Of a DNA stretch of 32,000 nt, positions 9,194 to 18,893 are shown one piece after another. Every line of letters starts with the position of its first letter. Position 1 is the stretch's first letter. The DNA comes from Xylella taiwanensis (lineage in GTDB: Bacteria; Pseudomonadota; Gammaproteobacteria; Xanthomonadales; Xanthomonadaceae), in contig NZ_CP053627.1 of assembly GCF_013177435.1 (NCBI RefSeq), positions 2,640,001 through 2,672,000 of the forward strand, read 5' to 3'. A program made the translations under genes and the position numbers. A model generated the notes under the pieces. The model saw only the letters and a list, made by a program, of their open reading frames with translations. It did not search any database and was not told where the DNA came from.

Positions 9194-9979
9194 ATGAAGC
9201 ATTTCCTACTGTTTACTGCCGCCTTCATCTTGGTCGGCTGTGGTCCTTCTGGCGGCGACCACAATCACCTCAGCATTGCTGCCACCGCGGTGCCACATGC
9301 TGAGATCTTGGAATTTGTCAAACCAACGCTGGCCAAGCAGGGCATCCAACTCGACATACATGTGTTCAACGATTACGTGCAACCCAATGACCAAGTGGCT
9401 CAGAAACAAATCGATCTCAACTACTTTCAGACCGAGCCTTATTTGCAGGCATACAACCGGAGCCGTAAGACTCATCTGATGGCCGTCGTTGGTGTGCACA
9501 TCGAGCCATTCGGTGCCTACTCACGCCGCTATACATCACTGAACGCATTGCCGAAAGAAGCCGACGTAGCGATCCCAAATGATCCAAGCAACAACAGCCG
9601 TGCGCTCATCCTGCTGCATCAAGCTGGACTGATTAAACTCAAGGACCCTAACAACATGCTGGCCACTCAGCGCGATATCCTCGCCAATCCTAAGCTGTTG
9701 AAATTCCGTGAGTTGGATGCAGCAATGCTACCGCGCGTGCTTGACCAGGTCGACTTGGCACTGATCAACACCAATTACGCCCTGGGTGCCGGCTTGAAAC
9801 CAACTCAAGATGCATTGGTGATCGAAAATAAAGACTCTCCGTATGCGAATTATCTGGTCGCACGTCAAGACAACAAAGACGACCCACGGGTAAAAAAGCT
9901 GGCAAAAGCACTGACCAGTCCAGAAGTCAAACGCTTCATCGATAAGAAGTATGGCGGCGCCGTGTTACCCGCGTTCTAG
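9194..9979 (+). CDS. metQ: Methionine-binding lipoprotein (NlpA/MetQ family)
   Basis: The ATG at 9194 gives MKHFLLFTAAFILVGC with a lipobox, followed by a MetQ-like binding-protein sequence. The upstream part of the 305-aa track ORF overlaps metI and is rejected. Confidence 0.9.
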   Translation: MKHFLLFTAAFILVGCGPSGGDHNHLSIAATAVPHAEILEFVKPTLAKQGIQLDIHVFNDYVQPNDQVAQKQIDLNYFQTEPYLQAYNRSRKTHLMAVVGVHIEPFGAYSRRYTSLNALPKEADVAIPNDPSNNSRALILLHQAGLIKLKDPNNMLATQRDILANPKLLKFRELDAAMLPRVLDQVDLALINTNYALGAGLKPTQDALVIENKDSPYANYLVARQDNKDDPRVKKLAKALTSPEVKRFIDKKYGGAVLPAF

Positions 9980-10020
9980 ATGAGTCAAAAATTGTCTGCA
10001 AAGCACACGTTGCACACAAC

Positions 10021-10045
10021 AAAACGGGCCCTAAGGGCCCGTTTT
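10021..10045. terminator. Bidirectional intrinsic terminator between convergent metQ and ompW
   Basis: AAAA-CGGGCCC-TAA-GGGCCCG-TTTT is a perfect GC-rich 7-bp stem flanked by an A-run and a T-run. Confidence 0.85.
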
Positions 10046-10076
10046 ATTACGCTGTCATTAGATAGCATTACAACTT

Positions 10077-10721
10077 TCAGAAGCGCGCGCCTAAACTGAA
10101 ACCGAAAGACCAGGGATCCAGTCTGCGGTTCTGATCGATACCTGAACCTGAAACTAACAAGTTCTTTCCAAAACGCATGTAACGCGTATCGACACGGGTG
10201 AACCAAGTTGAATTAATATTCATATCTAAACCGGCTGTGGCGATTGCACCACGGAGGGTAAAATTCCTGTCCGTATAGGTACTAACGTTTGCTCCCTCCG
10301 GAGTGAATTTCAACTTAGATTGAGAGTAACCAACACCAACGAACGGACGGAACACGTTTTCCGCTTGACCAAAATGGTACTGCGCACTCAACGCCACCGG
10401 TTGTTGACTCAAGTTTCCAACTTTACCCAGTGTTGCTGTCTTTGTGCGGTAATTGAACTTTTTAGCAGCGCCCCAAAGCTCGACTGCCCAGTGATCATCA
10501 ATGTAGTAGCTAGCGCTGAGCGTTGGTGCAACATCGCCATCAAACTTGATCCCATTCTGCCCGGAACCTTTCTTTGGTTGCAGAATCGTCGCTCCGCCAA
10601 CCAGTGCCCAGTGCTTACCGGAGGCGTTGTCGCTGGAAGACGCCGTCCCCCACGCAAAGGCTGACGGGGTAAAGGCCAGCATACTCATAGCAGCTAGGCC
10701 GATCAGTGAAATTTTACGCAT
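10077..10721 (-). CDS. ompW: OmpW-family outer-membrane beta-barrel protein
   Basis: AGGAG lies about 9 nt upstream of the ATG at 10721. The signal peptide ends AFTPSAFA-WG. The size is about 210 aa, residues alternate as in a beta-barrel, and the C-terminus is ...SLGARF. Confidence 0.85.
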   Translation of the reverse strand: MRKISLIGLAAMSMLAFTPSAFAWGTASSSDNASGKHWALVGGATILQPKKGSGQNGIKFDGDVAPTLSASYYIDDHWAVELWGAAKKFNYRTKTATLGKVGNLSQQPVALSAQYHFGQAENVFRPFVGVGYSQSKLKFTPEGANVSTYTDRNFTLRGAIATAGLDMNINSTWFTRVDTRYMRFGKNLLVSGSGIDQNRRLDPWSFGFSLGARF

Positions 10722-11939
10722 GGTGAAGGTTTCTCCTAGTTCCTCAACTGTTCATTTTCACCCTTGGAATGGGGAAGTGCAACGCTTCCGATCCAAATGA
10801 TGAATGTTTATCAACCGTGACACTGTACACTGAAATTAATTCAGCAAAAATATCAAAAGCATAATGATACATAACCGGAGCATGTCATCTCGCTAAATTG
10901 CTCCCTGAAGCGAATCATTTGCTCCTGCAAAGTTTGCCGCGACGCGATCTTACCGCACCAGATGAATGCAACCCGTCTCGTTATATTGTTGTTACGCGTC
11001 ACATCCAACAGGGGCCGGCAACCGGCTGGATTCGTGCGCCCCTTTGGCCTACGCAATGTGCAGGCGATACGCTGATGATCATATACAGCCCAACATATAC
11101 ACGGATCTGCATTTCCAGCAACAACCCTTACATGATGGACAACATATACGTACCCGCAGGCCTAATCTGTCTACCCGAGTGAGACAATCGCTATCACCAT
11201 GTGCTTCCAAGGATACCTGCCACCTGATTCATGCCGACTCCGGTACCGCAACAAGGCATTTCTTTTCATTTGCATGCTGCCAACAGAGACATACATCTGA
11301 TATCCCTCACCACCTGCGAGCAAGCCATCCAATGAAGTCCACGTCCTAAAAAAGATCGACCATCTGCGTGTCCTCCAAATCCTCGACGCCGCAAGCCAAC
11401 TGCGACATGTGCAATGATTAAAGCAAAGAGCGTGCTATGCACGCCAAGCAAACACAGCAACATCAGCACAAAGCGCGCACATACATCACATCAAGCGCAG
11501 CTCAAGCAGCGATATATGCGCTGCCAGACCTCAACTTACCCAGCATCGGCTGGCGAGCCAAACGCCATGTTGATGATGCATTGAATGGCAGCCTCTATAC
11601 TGCGATCGATACCACGGATAACCCCATCGAAAACAAGAAACTGCGTTCGACCACCCTAAACCGCTGGCGTCAACGCCAGTACAACCGCCATGACCATCAA
11701 CAGCGTCTTGCAGCACCCCCTCCTGGGCTGAGCCAGCCGACGCACTGAAGCCAAACTGAGCACCCATACCACTCAACACCGGATGCGCTCACGGAGAACA
11801 GCGCAATTTTTTTATAGAAAAGTTTTCCTGGCCGACACCGAACTTAATTTTTGACCTTATTACCCAGCAACACTGGTTGGCGCTGCGCCCTGACCCAGCC
11901 ACAATAGACATCCCTAATGTTTGTAGCCGGAGCACTGTA

Positions 11940-13592
11940 ATGACCGAAATCAAGGAAGTTTTTGTCCCCGATATCGGTGACTACAGCAACGTCCCAGTGA
12001 TCGAAGTCCTAGTGGCCGTTGGCGATACCGTCTCCAAGGACCAAAGCCTGATCACCTTGGAATCTGACAAAGCAACCATGGAAGTCCCCTCATCAACCGC
12101 CGGTGTGATCAAAGAAATCAAAGTCAAGGTTGGCGATACCTTATCGCAAGGCCATGTCGTTGCATTAATTGAAGTCACCGAAGACGCTGCCGGGTCCACC
12201 ATACCGATGGCCGCCAGCACGTCAACCACGAGCGCCCCCAGCAAGTCGCCCCTGGTCAGCGGCAACTTAATCGAAGTGTGTGTCCCCGATATTGGCGACT
12301 ACAACCATGTACCGGTCATAGAGATGCTGGTGACCGTTGGCGATACCGTCTCCAAAGACCAAAGCCTGCTCACATTGGAGTCGGACAAAGCAACCATGGA
12401 AGTGCCTTCATCCGTAGCGGGTGTCATCAAACAGGTCAATGTCAAAGTCGGAGACACCTTGTCGCAGGGCGATGTCGTCGCAGTGGTTCAAAGCGGGGAG
12501 AGCACCACCCTTGCCCCAGCCCCAAGCCAACCAGTGTTGCCACCCAATTCCAGCCCTGCGCGCGATACAGTCGCCGCACCACCATCCTCGACAAGCACAC
12601 CAAGCACCCCACCGATCACCTTCGATGCCAACACCGTTCTACCGTCCAAGGTGCCCTATGCCAGCCCTGCAGTACGCCTGCTTGCACGCCATCTGGGCGT
12701 AGATCTGAGTCAGATCAAAGGCAGCGAGAAACACGGACGCATTACCCGCGAAGACGTACAAAAATCCGTCAAGACCAGCTTAAGTACTGGTATCCCTGAG
12801 AGCAGGACACCTCCCGCTCCAGTCACAGCGAATGGTAGCCTCGCCCTACTGACTTGGCCGAATGTGGATTTCAGCAAATTCGGCGAAATAGAAACCCAAT
12901 CTTTATCCCGAATCAAAAAAATTTCCGGCGCCAACCTTGCTCGCAATTGGGCCATGATCCCACACGTCACCCAATTCGATCAGGCCGACATCACTGAACT
13001 GGAAGCCCTTCGCGTACAAATTAATAAGGAAAATGCCGCATCCAATAAGAACGGGACCAGCATCAAATTGACTGTCCTCGCTTTCCTGATCAAGGCAAGC
13101 GCAGCCGCACTGAAGAAATTTCCCACATTCAACGCCTCGCTCGATGCCACTGGCGAAACACTCACACTCAAAAAATACTTCCATATCGGCTTCGCCGCCG
13201 ATACACCAAACGGGCTCGTCGTCCCGGTGATTCGCAACGTAGACAAAAAGGGTGTGGTAGAGATCGCACAAGAAACCAGCGAACTCGCCAAGAAGGCACG
13301 CGACGGCAAGCTCAGTCCAGCAGACATGAGTGGCGGCGGCTTTTCAATCAGCTCATTGGGTGGCATCGGAGGTACCGCATTCACTCCCATTATCAATGCA
13401 CCCGAAGTGGCGATCCTGGGTGTATCCAAATCGGCAATCCAGCCGATCTGGGATGGCACCCAATTCGTGCCAAAAATGCTGTTGCCACTGTCACTGAGCT
13501 ACGATCACCGCGTCATCGACGGTGCTTTGGCCGCACACTTCACCACCTACCTGAGCCAAATGCTCGCCGACATGCGGCGTGTACTGCTGTGA
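11940..13592 (+). CDS. aceF: Dihydrolipoamide acetyltransferase (E2) with two lipoyl domains
   Basis: The ATG at 11940 is preceded by GGAG. There are two tandem lipoyl domains (LESDKATMEVPS twice), Ala/Pro/Ser linkers, an E3-binding domain (ASPAVRLLARHLGVDLSQIKGSEKHGRITREDV) and a catalytic domain with DHRVIDG. Confidence 0.92.
   Translation: MTEIKEVFVPDIGDYSNVPVIEVLVAVGDTVSKDQSLITLESDKATMEVPSSTAGVIKEIKVKVGDTLSQGHVVALIEVTEDAAGSTIPMAASTSTTSAPSKSPLVSGNLIEVCVPDIGDYNHVPVIEMLVTVGDTVSKDQSLLTLESDKATMEVPSSVAGVIKQVNVKVGDTLSQGDVVAVVQSGESTTLAPAPSQPVLPPNSSPARDTVAAPPSSTSTPSTPPITFDANTVLPSKVPYASPAVRLLARHLGVDLSQIKGSEKHGRITREDVQKSVKTSLSTGIPESRTPPAPVTANGSLALLTWPNVDFSKFGEIETQSLSRIKKISGANLARNWAMIPHVTQFDQADITELEALRVQINKENAASNKNGTSIKLTVLAFLIKASAAALKKFPTFNASLDATGETLTLKKYFHIGFAADTPNGLVVPVIRNVDKKGVVEIAQETSELAKKARDGKLSPADMSGGGFSISSLGGIGGTAFTPIINAPEVAILGVSKSAIQPIWDGTQFVPKMLLPLSLSYDHRVIDGALAAHFTTYLSQMLADMRRVLL
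11964..12176 (+). repeat. Lipoyl-domain coding module, copy 1
   Basis: It is highly similar at the nucleotide level to 12282-12491. For example, ccgttggcgataccgtctccaaggaccaaagcctg versus ccgttggcgataccgtctccaaagaccaaagcctg differ at 1 position. Confidence 0.85.
12282..12491 (+). repeat. Lipoyl-domain coding module, copy 2
   Basis: This is a tandem duplicate of copy 1 within aceF, with the same VPDIGDY...LESDKATMEVPS...VGDTLSQG layout. Confidence 0.85.
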
Positions 13593-14161
13593 TCCAGCCC
13601 GTGTTATTACCGTACCTGGCCTGCACTTGGCTGCTGTCAACAGAAACGTACCAATGCATGCGCAGTTTAGCCCAGCGTGCAACGCAGCCAATGAATCATC
13701 ATCAATACACCAGGGAACAGAAAATCACCAAATACCGTGATGCAGTGCCAGCAATGACGCCAAAAGGAATGCCCCCCACATGGCACATGTGTTGATGCTC
13801 AAATTTCCAACCCAGGTCCCAACAGAGACCTGCGCAGCAAACAATCCTCAAACAGCCCCCTATCCCTACGGCCGGGCGACAGACTGGAGCACCGTACAGG
13901 CCGTGTTGGTCGATGCCACCCTTTCAAGGACACTGTGGCGTGCATGGCGTATCCCATGCTCAGCAGAATGCGTGACAACGATCAACGCCCCAGTCACACG
14001 CCCCCTTGAACACCGCTCAAAGTCAACCTCTATGCCAATGGAAGTCGCGGAACAGTAAAGATAAAAAAACACCCCAACGTCATGGAAACACCTCGATATG
14101 CTCCTCGAAGCATTCCAAAAGACACTGACCGAAATTACCCACCGAGCAACAGGAGACACAC

Positions 14162-15973
14162 ATGGCGGTGATTGAAATCAAGGTTCCCGATATCGGCGAT
14201 TACAGCAACGTGCCGGTCATCGAAGTACTTGTCACCGTTGGCGACAACGTGGCCAAGAATCAAGGGCTGCTCACACTGGAGTCGGACAAAGCCACCCTGG
14301 AAGTGCCGTCAATGAGTCACGGCGTGGTCAAGGAGCTGAAAGTCAACGTCGGCGACATGCTTTCACAAGGCGATGTCATCCTGCTGCTGGACACCGAGGA
14401 CACAGCTGCTGCCACCTCACCAACCAACACGGTCACGTCGGACAACACGTCACCACCGCCTCCACCACCCCAAACACCAGCTCCCAAGCCAGCATCCGCC
14501 GAGCGCAAACATGCCGATATCGAGTGCCACATGGTCGTACTCGGTGCCGGTCCCGGAGGCTATACCGCCGCATTCCGCGCCGCTGACCTCGGCCTGGATA
14601 CAGTGCTCGTTGAACGCTACCCGAACCTGGGCGGTGTCTGCCTCAATGTCGGCTGCATTCCTTCCAAAGCATTGCTGCACGCCGCGGCCGTCATCGACGA
14701 AGTCGCACATGCCAGCACATTTGGCGTCGATTTTGGCAAACCCAAAATCACCCTCGATACACTGCGCGAGCACAAGCAGAACGTGGTCGGCAAGCTGACT
14801 GCCGGCTTGGCAGGGATGGCCAAGCAACGCAAGGTACGCACCGTGACCGGCGTAGCAAGCTTCGTCTCGCCAAAGACGCTGGAAATCACCTGTGCGGACG
14901 GCAAGACCCAACGGTTGCATTTCGAACAATGCATCATTGCCACTGGTTCACACCCAGTGAAGTTACCGAACTTCCCGTGGGACGACCCTCGCGTGATGGA
15001 CTCCACTGACGCACTGGAACTGACCGAAGTACCGAAGAAACTACTCGTCGTTGGTGGCGGCATCATCGGTCTGGAAATGGCTACCGTGTACAACGCACTG
15101 GGCAGCCAGGTCACCATCGTCGAATTCATGGATCAACTCATGCCCGGCGTCGACAAGGATCTGGTCAAGCCGCTGGCTGACCGTATGAAGCAGCAGGGCA
15201 TCCAAATACACCTGAAGACCAAAGCGACGCACGTCAAAACCGACAAAAAAGGCATTACCGTATCGTTCGAAGCAGCCACTGAGGGTGAGCAACCGACACT
15301 GAAGGCATCGACCTACGATCGAGTCCTGGTTGCCGTCGGACGTACACCCAACGGTAACAACATCGGTGCCGAAAAAGCGGGCGTCAGCGTCACCGAGCGC
15401 GGCTTCATCCCGGTCGATCGACAGATGCGCAGCAACGTGCCGCATATCTTTGCAATCGGCGACATCGTCGGTCACCCGATGCTAGCGCACAAGGCCACAC
15501 ACGAAGGCAAACTTGCCGCCGAAGTCGCCGCGGGTGACACCGGACTCGACAAGCGTCGAGAATGGGTCGCACGCGTGATCCCCTCGGTGGCCTATACCAA
15601 CCCGGAAATCGCCTGGCTTGGTATGACTGAAACCGAAGCGAAGGCTAAAGGCTTGAAGATCGGCGTCGCTAAATTCCCTTGGTCTGCCAGCGGTCGCGCC
15701 ATCGGTATCGGCCGCACCGAAGGCTTCACCAAACTGCTCTTCGACACAGACACACACCGAATCGTCGGTGGAGCGATCGTCGGCGTGCATGCGGGCGACC
15801 TGTTGGCTGAGATCGGATTGGCCATCGAGATGGGTGCCGAAGCCGAGGACATTAGCCATACCATCCACGCACACCCAACGTTGAGCGAATCCATTGGCAT
15901 GAGCGCCGAAGTCTACGATGGCACCATCACCGACTTGTATCTCCCCAAGAAGCCGGTCTCTTCACCAAAGTGA
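14162..15973 (+). CDS. lpdA: Dihydrolipoyl dehydrogenase (E3) with N-terminal lipoyl domain
   Basis: AGGAG lies upstream of the ATG. Present are a lipoyl domain, a Pro-rich linker, the FAD fold GAGPGGY, the redox disulfide CLNVGCIPSK, the NAD fold VVGGGIIGLE and the interface motif HAHPTLSE. Confidence 0.92.
   Translation: MAVIEIKVPDIGDYSNVPVIEVLVTVGDNVAKNQGLLTLESDKATLEVPSMSHGVVKELKVNVGDMLSQGDVILLLDTEDTAAATSPTNTVTSDNTSPPPPPPQTPAPKPASAERKHADIECHMVVLGAGPGGYTAAFRAADLGLDTVLVERYPNLGGVCLNVGCIPSKALLHAAAVIDEVAHASTFGVDFGKPKITLDTLREHKQNVVGKLTAGLAGMAKQRKVRTVTGVASFVSPKTLEITCADGKTQRLHFEQCIIATGSHPVKLPNFPWDDPRVMDSTDALELTEVPKKLLVVGGGIIGLEMATVYNALGSQVTIVEFMDQLMPGVDKDLVKPLADRMKQQGIQIHLKTKATHVKTDKKGITVSFEAATEGEQPTLKASTYDRVLVAVGRTPNGNNIGAEKAGVSVTERGFIPVDRQMRSNVPHIFAIGDIVGHPMLAHKATHEGKLAAEVAAGDTGLDKRREWVARVIPSVAYTNPEIAWLGMTETEAKAKGLKIGVAKFPWSASGRAIGIGRTEGFTKLLFDTDTHRIVGGAIVGVHAGDLLAEIGLAIEMGAEAEDISHTIHAHPTLSESIGMSAEVYDGTITDLYLPKKPVSSPK
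14183..14392 (+). repeat. Lipoyl-domain coding module, copy 3 (N-terminus of lpd)
   Basis: It is a more diverged copy (VPDIGDYSNVPVIEVLVTVGD...LESDKATLEVPS) that is still alignable to copies 1 and 2 at the DNA level. Confidence 0.75.
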
Positions 15974-16675
15974 AGTCAACATGCCCGCCGCCCCACCCAA
16001 CCAGCCTATCGACATTCAAACAACACCTTCTGGTTCGGCCATCACCGAGCCAGATGGTCGATGTCCGTCTGTACAGCGGGGTGTCATGAAGTAGCGCAAG
16101 ACATCCCCAAACGGACCACCAGCACGTTAACATCCACAGGCATCTTTATTGGTGGTCCAGTGCACTGGCCTACCCACCCGCGATCATGCTGTTCATCTCT
16201 TCTCTTCTTCACGTTACCGTCGAAGACGTGGAAGAAATCGTCAGCCATTTCGGTCGATTGCACTGCTCACACCTGAGACTCACCATCGGACAGCGTCTCA
16301 AAGCCGATTGACTCCCCCGATGTGATACCAACATGTTCCAGCAAGTCCCACTTACGTGCGCCCTGTCCTTTTGCTGTGACTGCCAACGATGCCATACCCA
16401 TCTCCATAGCCTGAGCATCGCTATGGACATTAAAAAACGATTCCCCTCGGCATAGCTAGGAAGAAACAGATCTCATGAACAACTCAAAATAGGTGAGGGA
16501 GAATGATCCTTACTCTATGACCGGACAGACGCTGCCCAACCGCCATGAAGATTGAGTACTCAATAGCTTCTAAAATAAATCGATTGATTCATATCAGTAT
16601 CTAAACTATTCAGAAGCATCAAAAAAGTTCCTGTCATCGTGCAGCATCATACCGCCCCGTAAAAAACAATCCTGT

Positions 16676-17728
16676 ATGCCAAGAAACACCATATCGAATA
16701 ATTTCGACTTCCTCCGTTTTGTTGCAGCCTATATGGTTTTGTTTAGCCATCAATTGGTGTTAACTGGGAACAGTGGACCTAACATTACGTCTTTTGATCT
16801 TGGAAAGCTGGGAGTTGTTATTTTTTTCTCGATCAGCGGATATCTAGTTACTCAAAGCTGGGACCATGATCCATCCATTTGGCGATTTCTGGCAAAACGC
16901 ATGTTGCGTATTTGGCCCGCATTGATTGTCGTGACCTGCATTACAGTCCTTTTTCTTGGGCCCATTGTTTCGACAGAACCTATCAATCACTATTTTATTA
17001 ACCATAAGACCTGGGATTATTTCCGCGTATTGAAATTGATCATTCGCTACGAGCTTCCTGGGGTGTTCGTGACGAATCCATTTCCCAATGCAGTCAATGG
17101 TTCCTTATGGACACTACCGATAGAATTCCGTTGGTATTTGATATTGATGGCACTTGGCGTCGTTGGCTTACTTCGCAATCGCTTTCTCTTACTGATCGCT
17201 GTCACCGCATTGGCTATATTCGTCTTCGTCATCAAAGATGCACAAAATAACCCGGATTGGAAATTACACTTACAACTTGGCGTATTTTTTTGCTATGGAA
17301 TATGCCTGTATTACTTCCGATCGTTCTTCACTGCACACACAACATCAATATTGCTCGCTCTCAGCATAGTCAGCAGTTTACTTTTCTCTATCGGTCAAAA
17401 ATATACCGCCTTGTTTTTACTCCTCCCTGCATTGGTGATCCGTTTCGGAATAGCTGCGACACCATTCATCAGACACGCTGGACGCTATGGGGACCTCTCA
17501 TATGGCGTTTACCTCTATGCGTTCCCAGTACAACAAACCATCATTTTTCTATTTGGGGATCACCTGACCATGTGGAGTGCATTGGCTCTCTCGACCGCCG
17601 TCACGATAATATTCGCGCTTCTCTCATGGCATCTGGTTGAGTCCCCAGCGGGGCAATTAAAAAAAAGATACCTTGTCAAATCCAAAGATATTCAACCCCG
17701 TCATGAGATTGAAAAAAGCTCGCCATGA
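16676..17728 (+). CDS. Acyltransferase family 3 membrane protein (OafA/YrhL-like O-acetyltransferase)
   Basis: The N-terminal FDFLRFVAAYMVLFSHQ is the Acyl_transf_3 R/H motif. The protein has about 10 hydrophobic segments. G+C is visibly lower than in the neighbours. Confidence 0.8.
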   Translation: MPRNTISNNFDFLRFVAAYMVLFSHQLVLTGNSGPNITSFDLGKLGVVIFFSISGYLVTQSWDHDPSIWRFLAKRMLRIWPALIVVTCITVLFLGPIVSTEPINHYFINHKTWDYFRVLKLIIRYELPGVFVTNPFPNAVNGSLWTLPIEFRWYLILMALGVVGLLRNRFLLLIAVTALAIFVFVIKDAQNNPDWKLHLQLGVFFCYGICLYYFRSFFTAHTTSILLALSIVSSLLFSIGQKYTALFLLLPALVIRFGIAATPFIRHAGRYGDLSYGVYLYAFPVQQTIIFLFGDHLTMWSALALSTAVTIIFALLSWHLVESPAGQLKKRYLVKSKDIQPRHEIEKSSP

Positions 17729-17935
17729 TCTAAATCCCGAGTGAGTAGCCCCTTTTCGATCTTGCCCCTAAGCATCACGTCGTCCCAGGCGTTTCTCTGA
17801 AACTTTCCAGTATCAAGCACTGATGAAGGCAGCTTGGTCCATATTTCAGACAGTGCCTCGGCACACGGCATCGTATTCCCCAAAAGATGGCACCCGTCAC
17901 ACGTGCAATCACGACGACAGTCAACCATTGAAGCG

Positions 17936-18838
17936 CTAGAGCCGCCCTGCCTCGCAAGGCTCGCTACCACAATGCTCGATCTCAATCTGCAACGTCACAT
18001 GATCGATACTAAAGCGCTCATGCAGCAGATCCTGCAACACGCGACGCAACGCATCCGGTGTACTGCCTTGGGCGGCAACAATATGCGCCGTCAGCAACGG
18101 CGTACTGGATCCCACGGCCCACAGATGCACATCATGCACGCTGGCCACATCAGGATGGTTACTGAGCGCATCACGTATGGGCGGCAATGAAAACCCCTTC
18201 GGTACACCTTCCAATAAGACGTTGACGGCCTCACGTAGCAGCACCCAAGTCCGCGGCAACACCCAAAGCCCGATCAAAACAGCCAGCGCAGGATCAATCC
18301 AGTACCAGTCGGTCACGTGGATCACGATCGCACCAAGGATGACAGCCACCGAACCGAGCATGTCGCTCCACACCTCAAGGTAAGCGCCCTTCATATTGAG
18401 GCTCTCACCACTGCCAGCATGCAGCAAACGCATTGCGATCAGATTGATGACCAAACCCAAGATAGCAATGACGAGCATACCGCTGGACGCAATCTCCTGC
18501 GGAGCACGAAAGCGCTGCACAGCCTCCCACAAGACGTAACCACCGACACCAAACAGCAATACACCGTTAGCCAGCGCCCCAAGCGCCTCCAACCGTGCGT
18601 AGCCATAGGTACGGCGCGCGTCAGGCGGACGCCGACTCAAGCGAACGGCAACCAGTGCGATCATTAACCCGAACGTGTCAGTGGCCATGTGTGCAGCATC
18701 GGACAACAGTGCCAAACTGCGTGTCAGCACCGCAGCAACGATTTCGGCCAGCAGAAAACCCGACGTCAGCCCCAGCGCCCACCGCAAGGGGCGCTCGTGA
18801 CGGATCTCACTCGGTACATGGGTATGGTCGTGTCCCAT
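17936..18838 (-). CDS. czcD: Cation diffusion facilitator (Zn/Co/Cd efflux)
   Basis: GGAG lies 7 nt upstream of the ATG at 18838. The protein starts with the His-rich MGHDHTHV. The CDF core carries LLSDAAHMATD and HVTDWYWIDP (HxxxD pairs), followed by a C-terminal cytoplasmic domain. Confidence 0.88.
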   Translation of the reverse strand: MGHDHTHVPSEIRHERPLRWALGLTSGFLLAEIVAAVLTRSLALLSDAAHMATDTFGLMIALVAVRLSRRPPDARRTYGYARLEALGALANGVLLFGVGGYVLWEAVQRFRAPQEIASSGMLVIAILGLVINLIAMRLLHAGSGESLNMKGAYLEVWSDMLGSVAVILGAIVIHVTDWYWIDPALAVLIGLWVLPRTWVLLREAVNVLLEGVPKGFSLPPIRDALSNHPDVASVHDVHLWAVGSSTPLLTAHIVAAQGSTPDALRRVLQDLLHERFSIDHVTLQIEIEHCGSEPCEAGRL

Positions 18839-18868
18839 GACACATCTCCATTTGCAATGCGTGCAGCT

Positions 18869-18893
18869 TACCTTCGACACCTGATGGAAGGTA
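18869..18893 (-). promoter_or_regulatory. MerR-family-type operator within the czcD promoter (putative)
   Basis: The minus strand reads TATACC-ttccatcaggtgtcgaagg-TAAGCT. The inverted repeat TACCTTC-N11-GAAGGTA spans two weak hexamers separated by 19 nt, which is the over-long spacer typical of MerR-type promoters. It sits about 30 nt upstream of the czcD SD. Confidence 0.4.

Noticed and set aside
11437-11748. Spacer ORFs of about 90-120 aa (11437-11748, 19365-19658, 19847-20131, 25452-25811, 25663-26031, 24810-25253).
   Set aside because: They have no SD and overlap one another in several frames. Their H/Q/T/R/P-rich translations are driven by CA-rich composition, and I see no recognisable domain.
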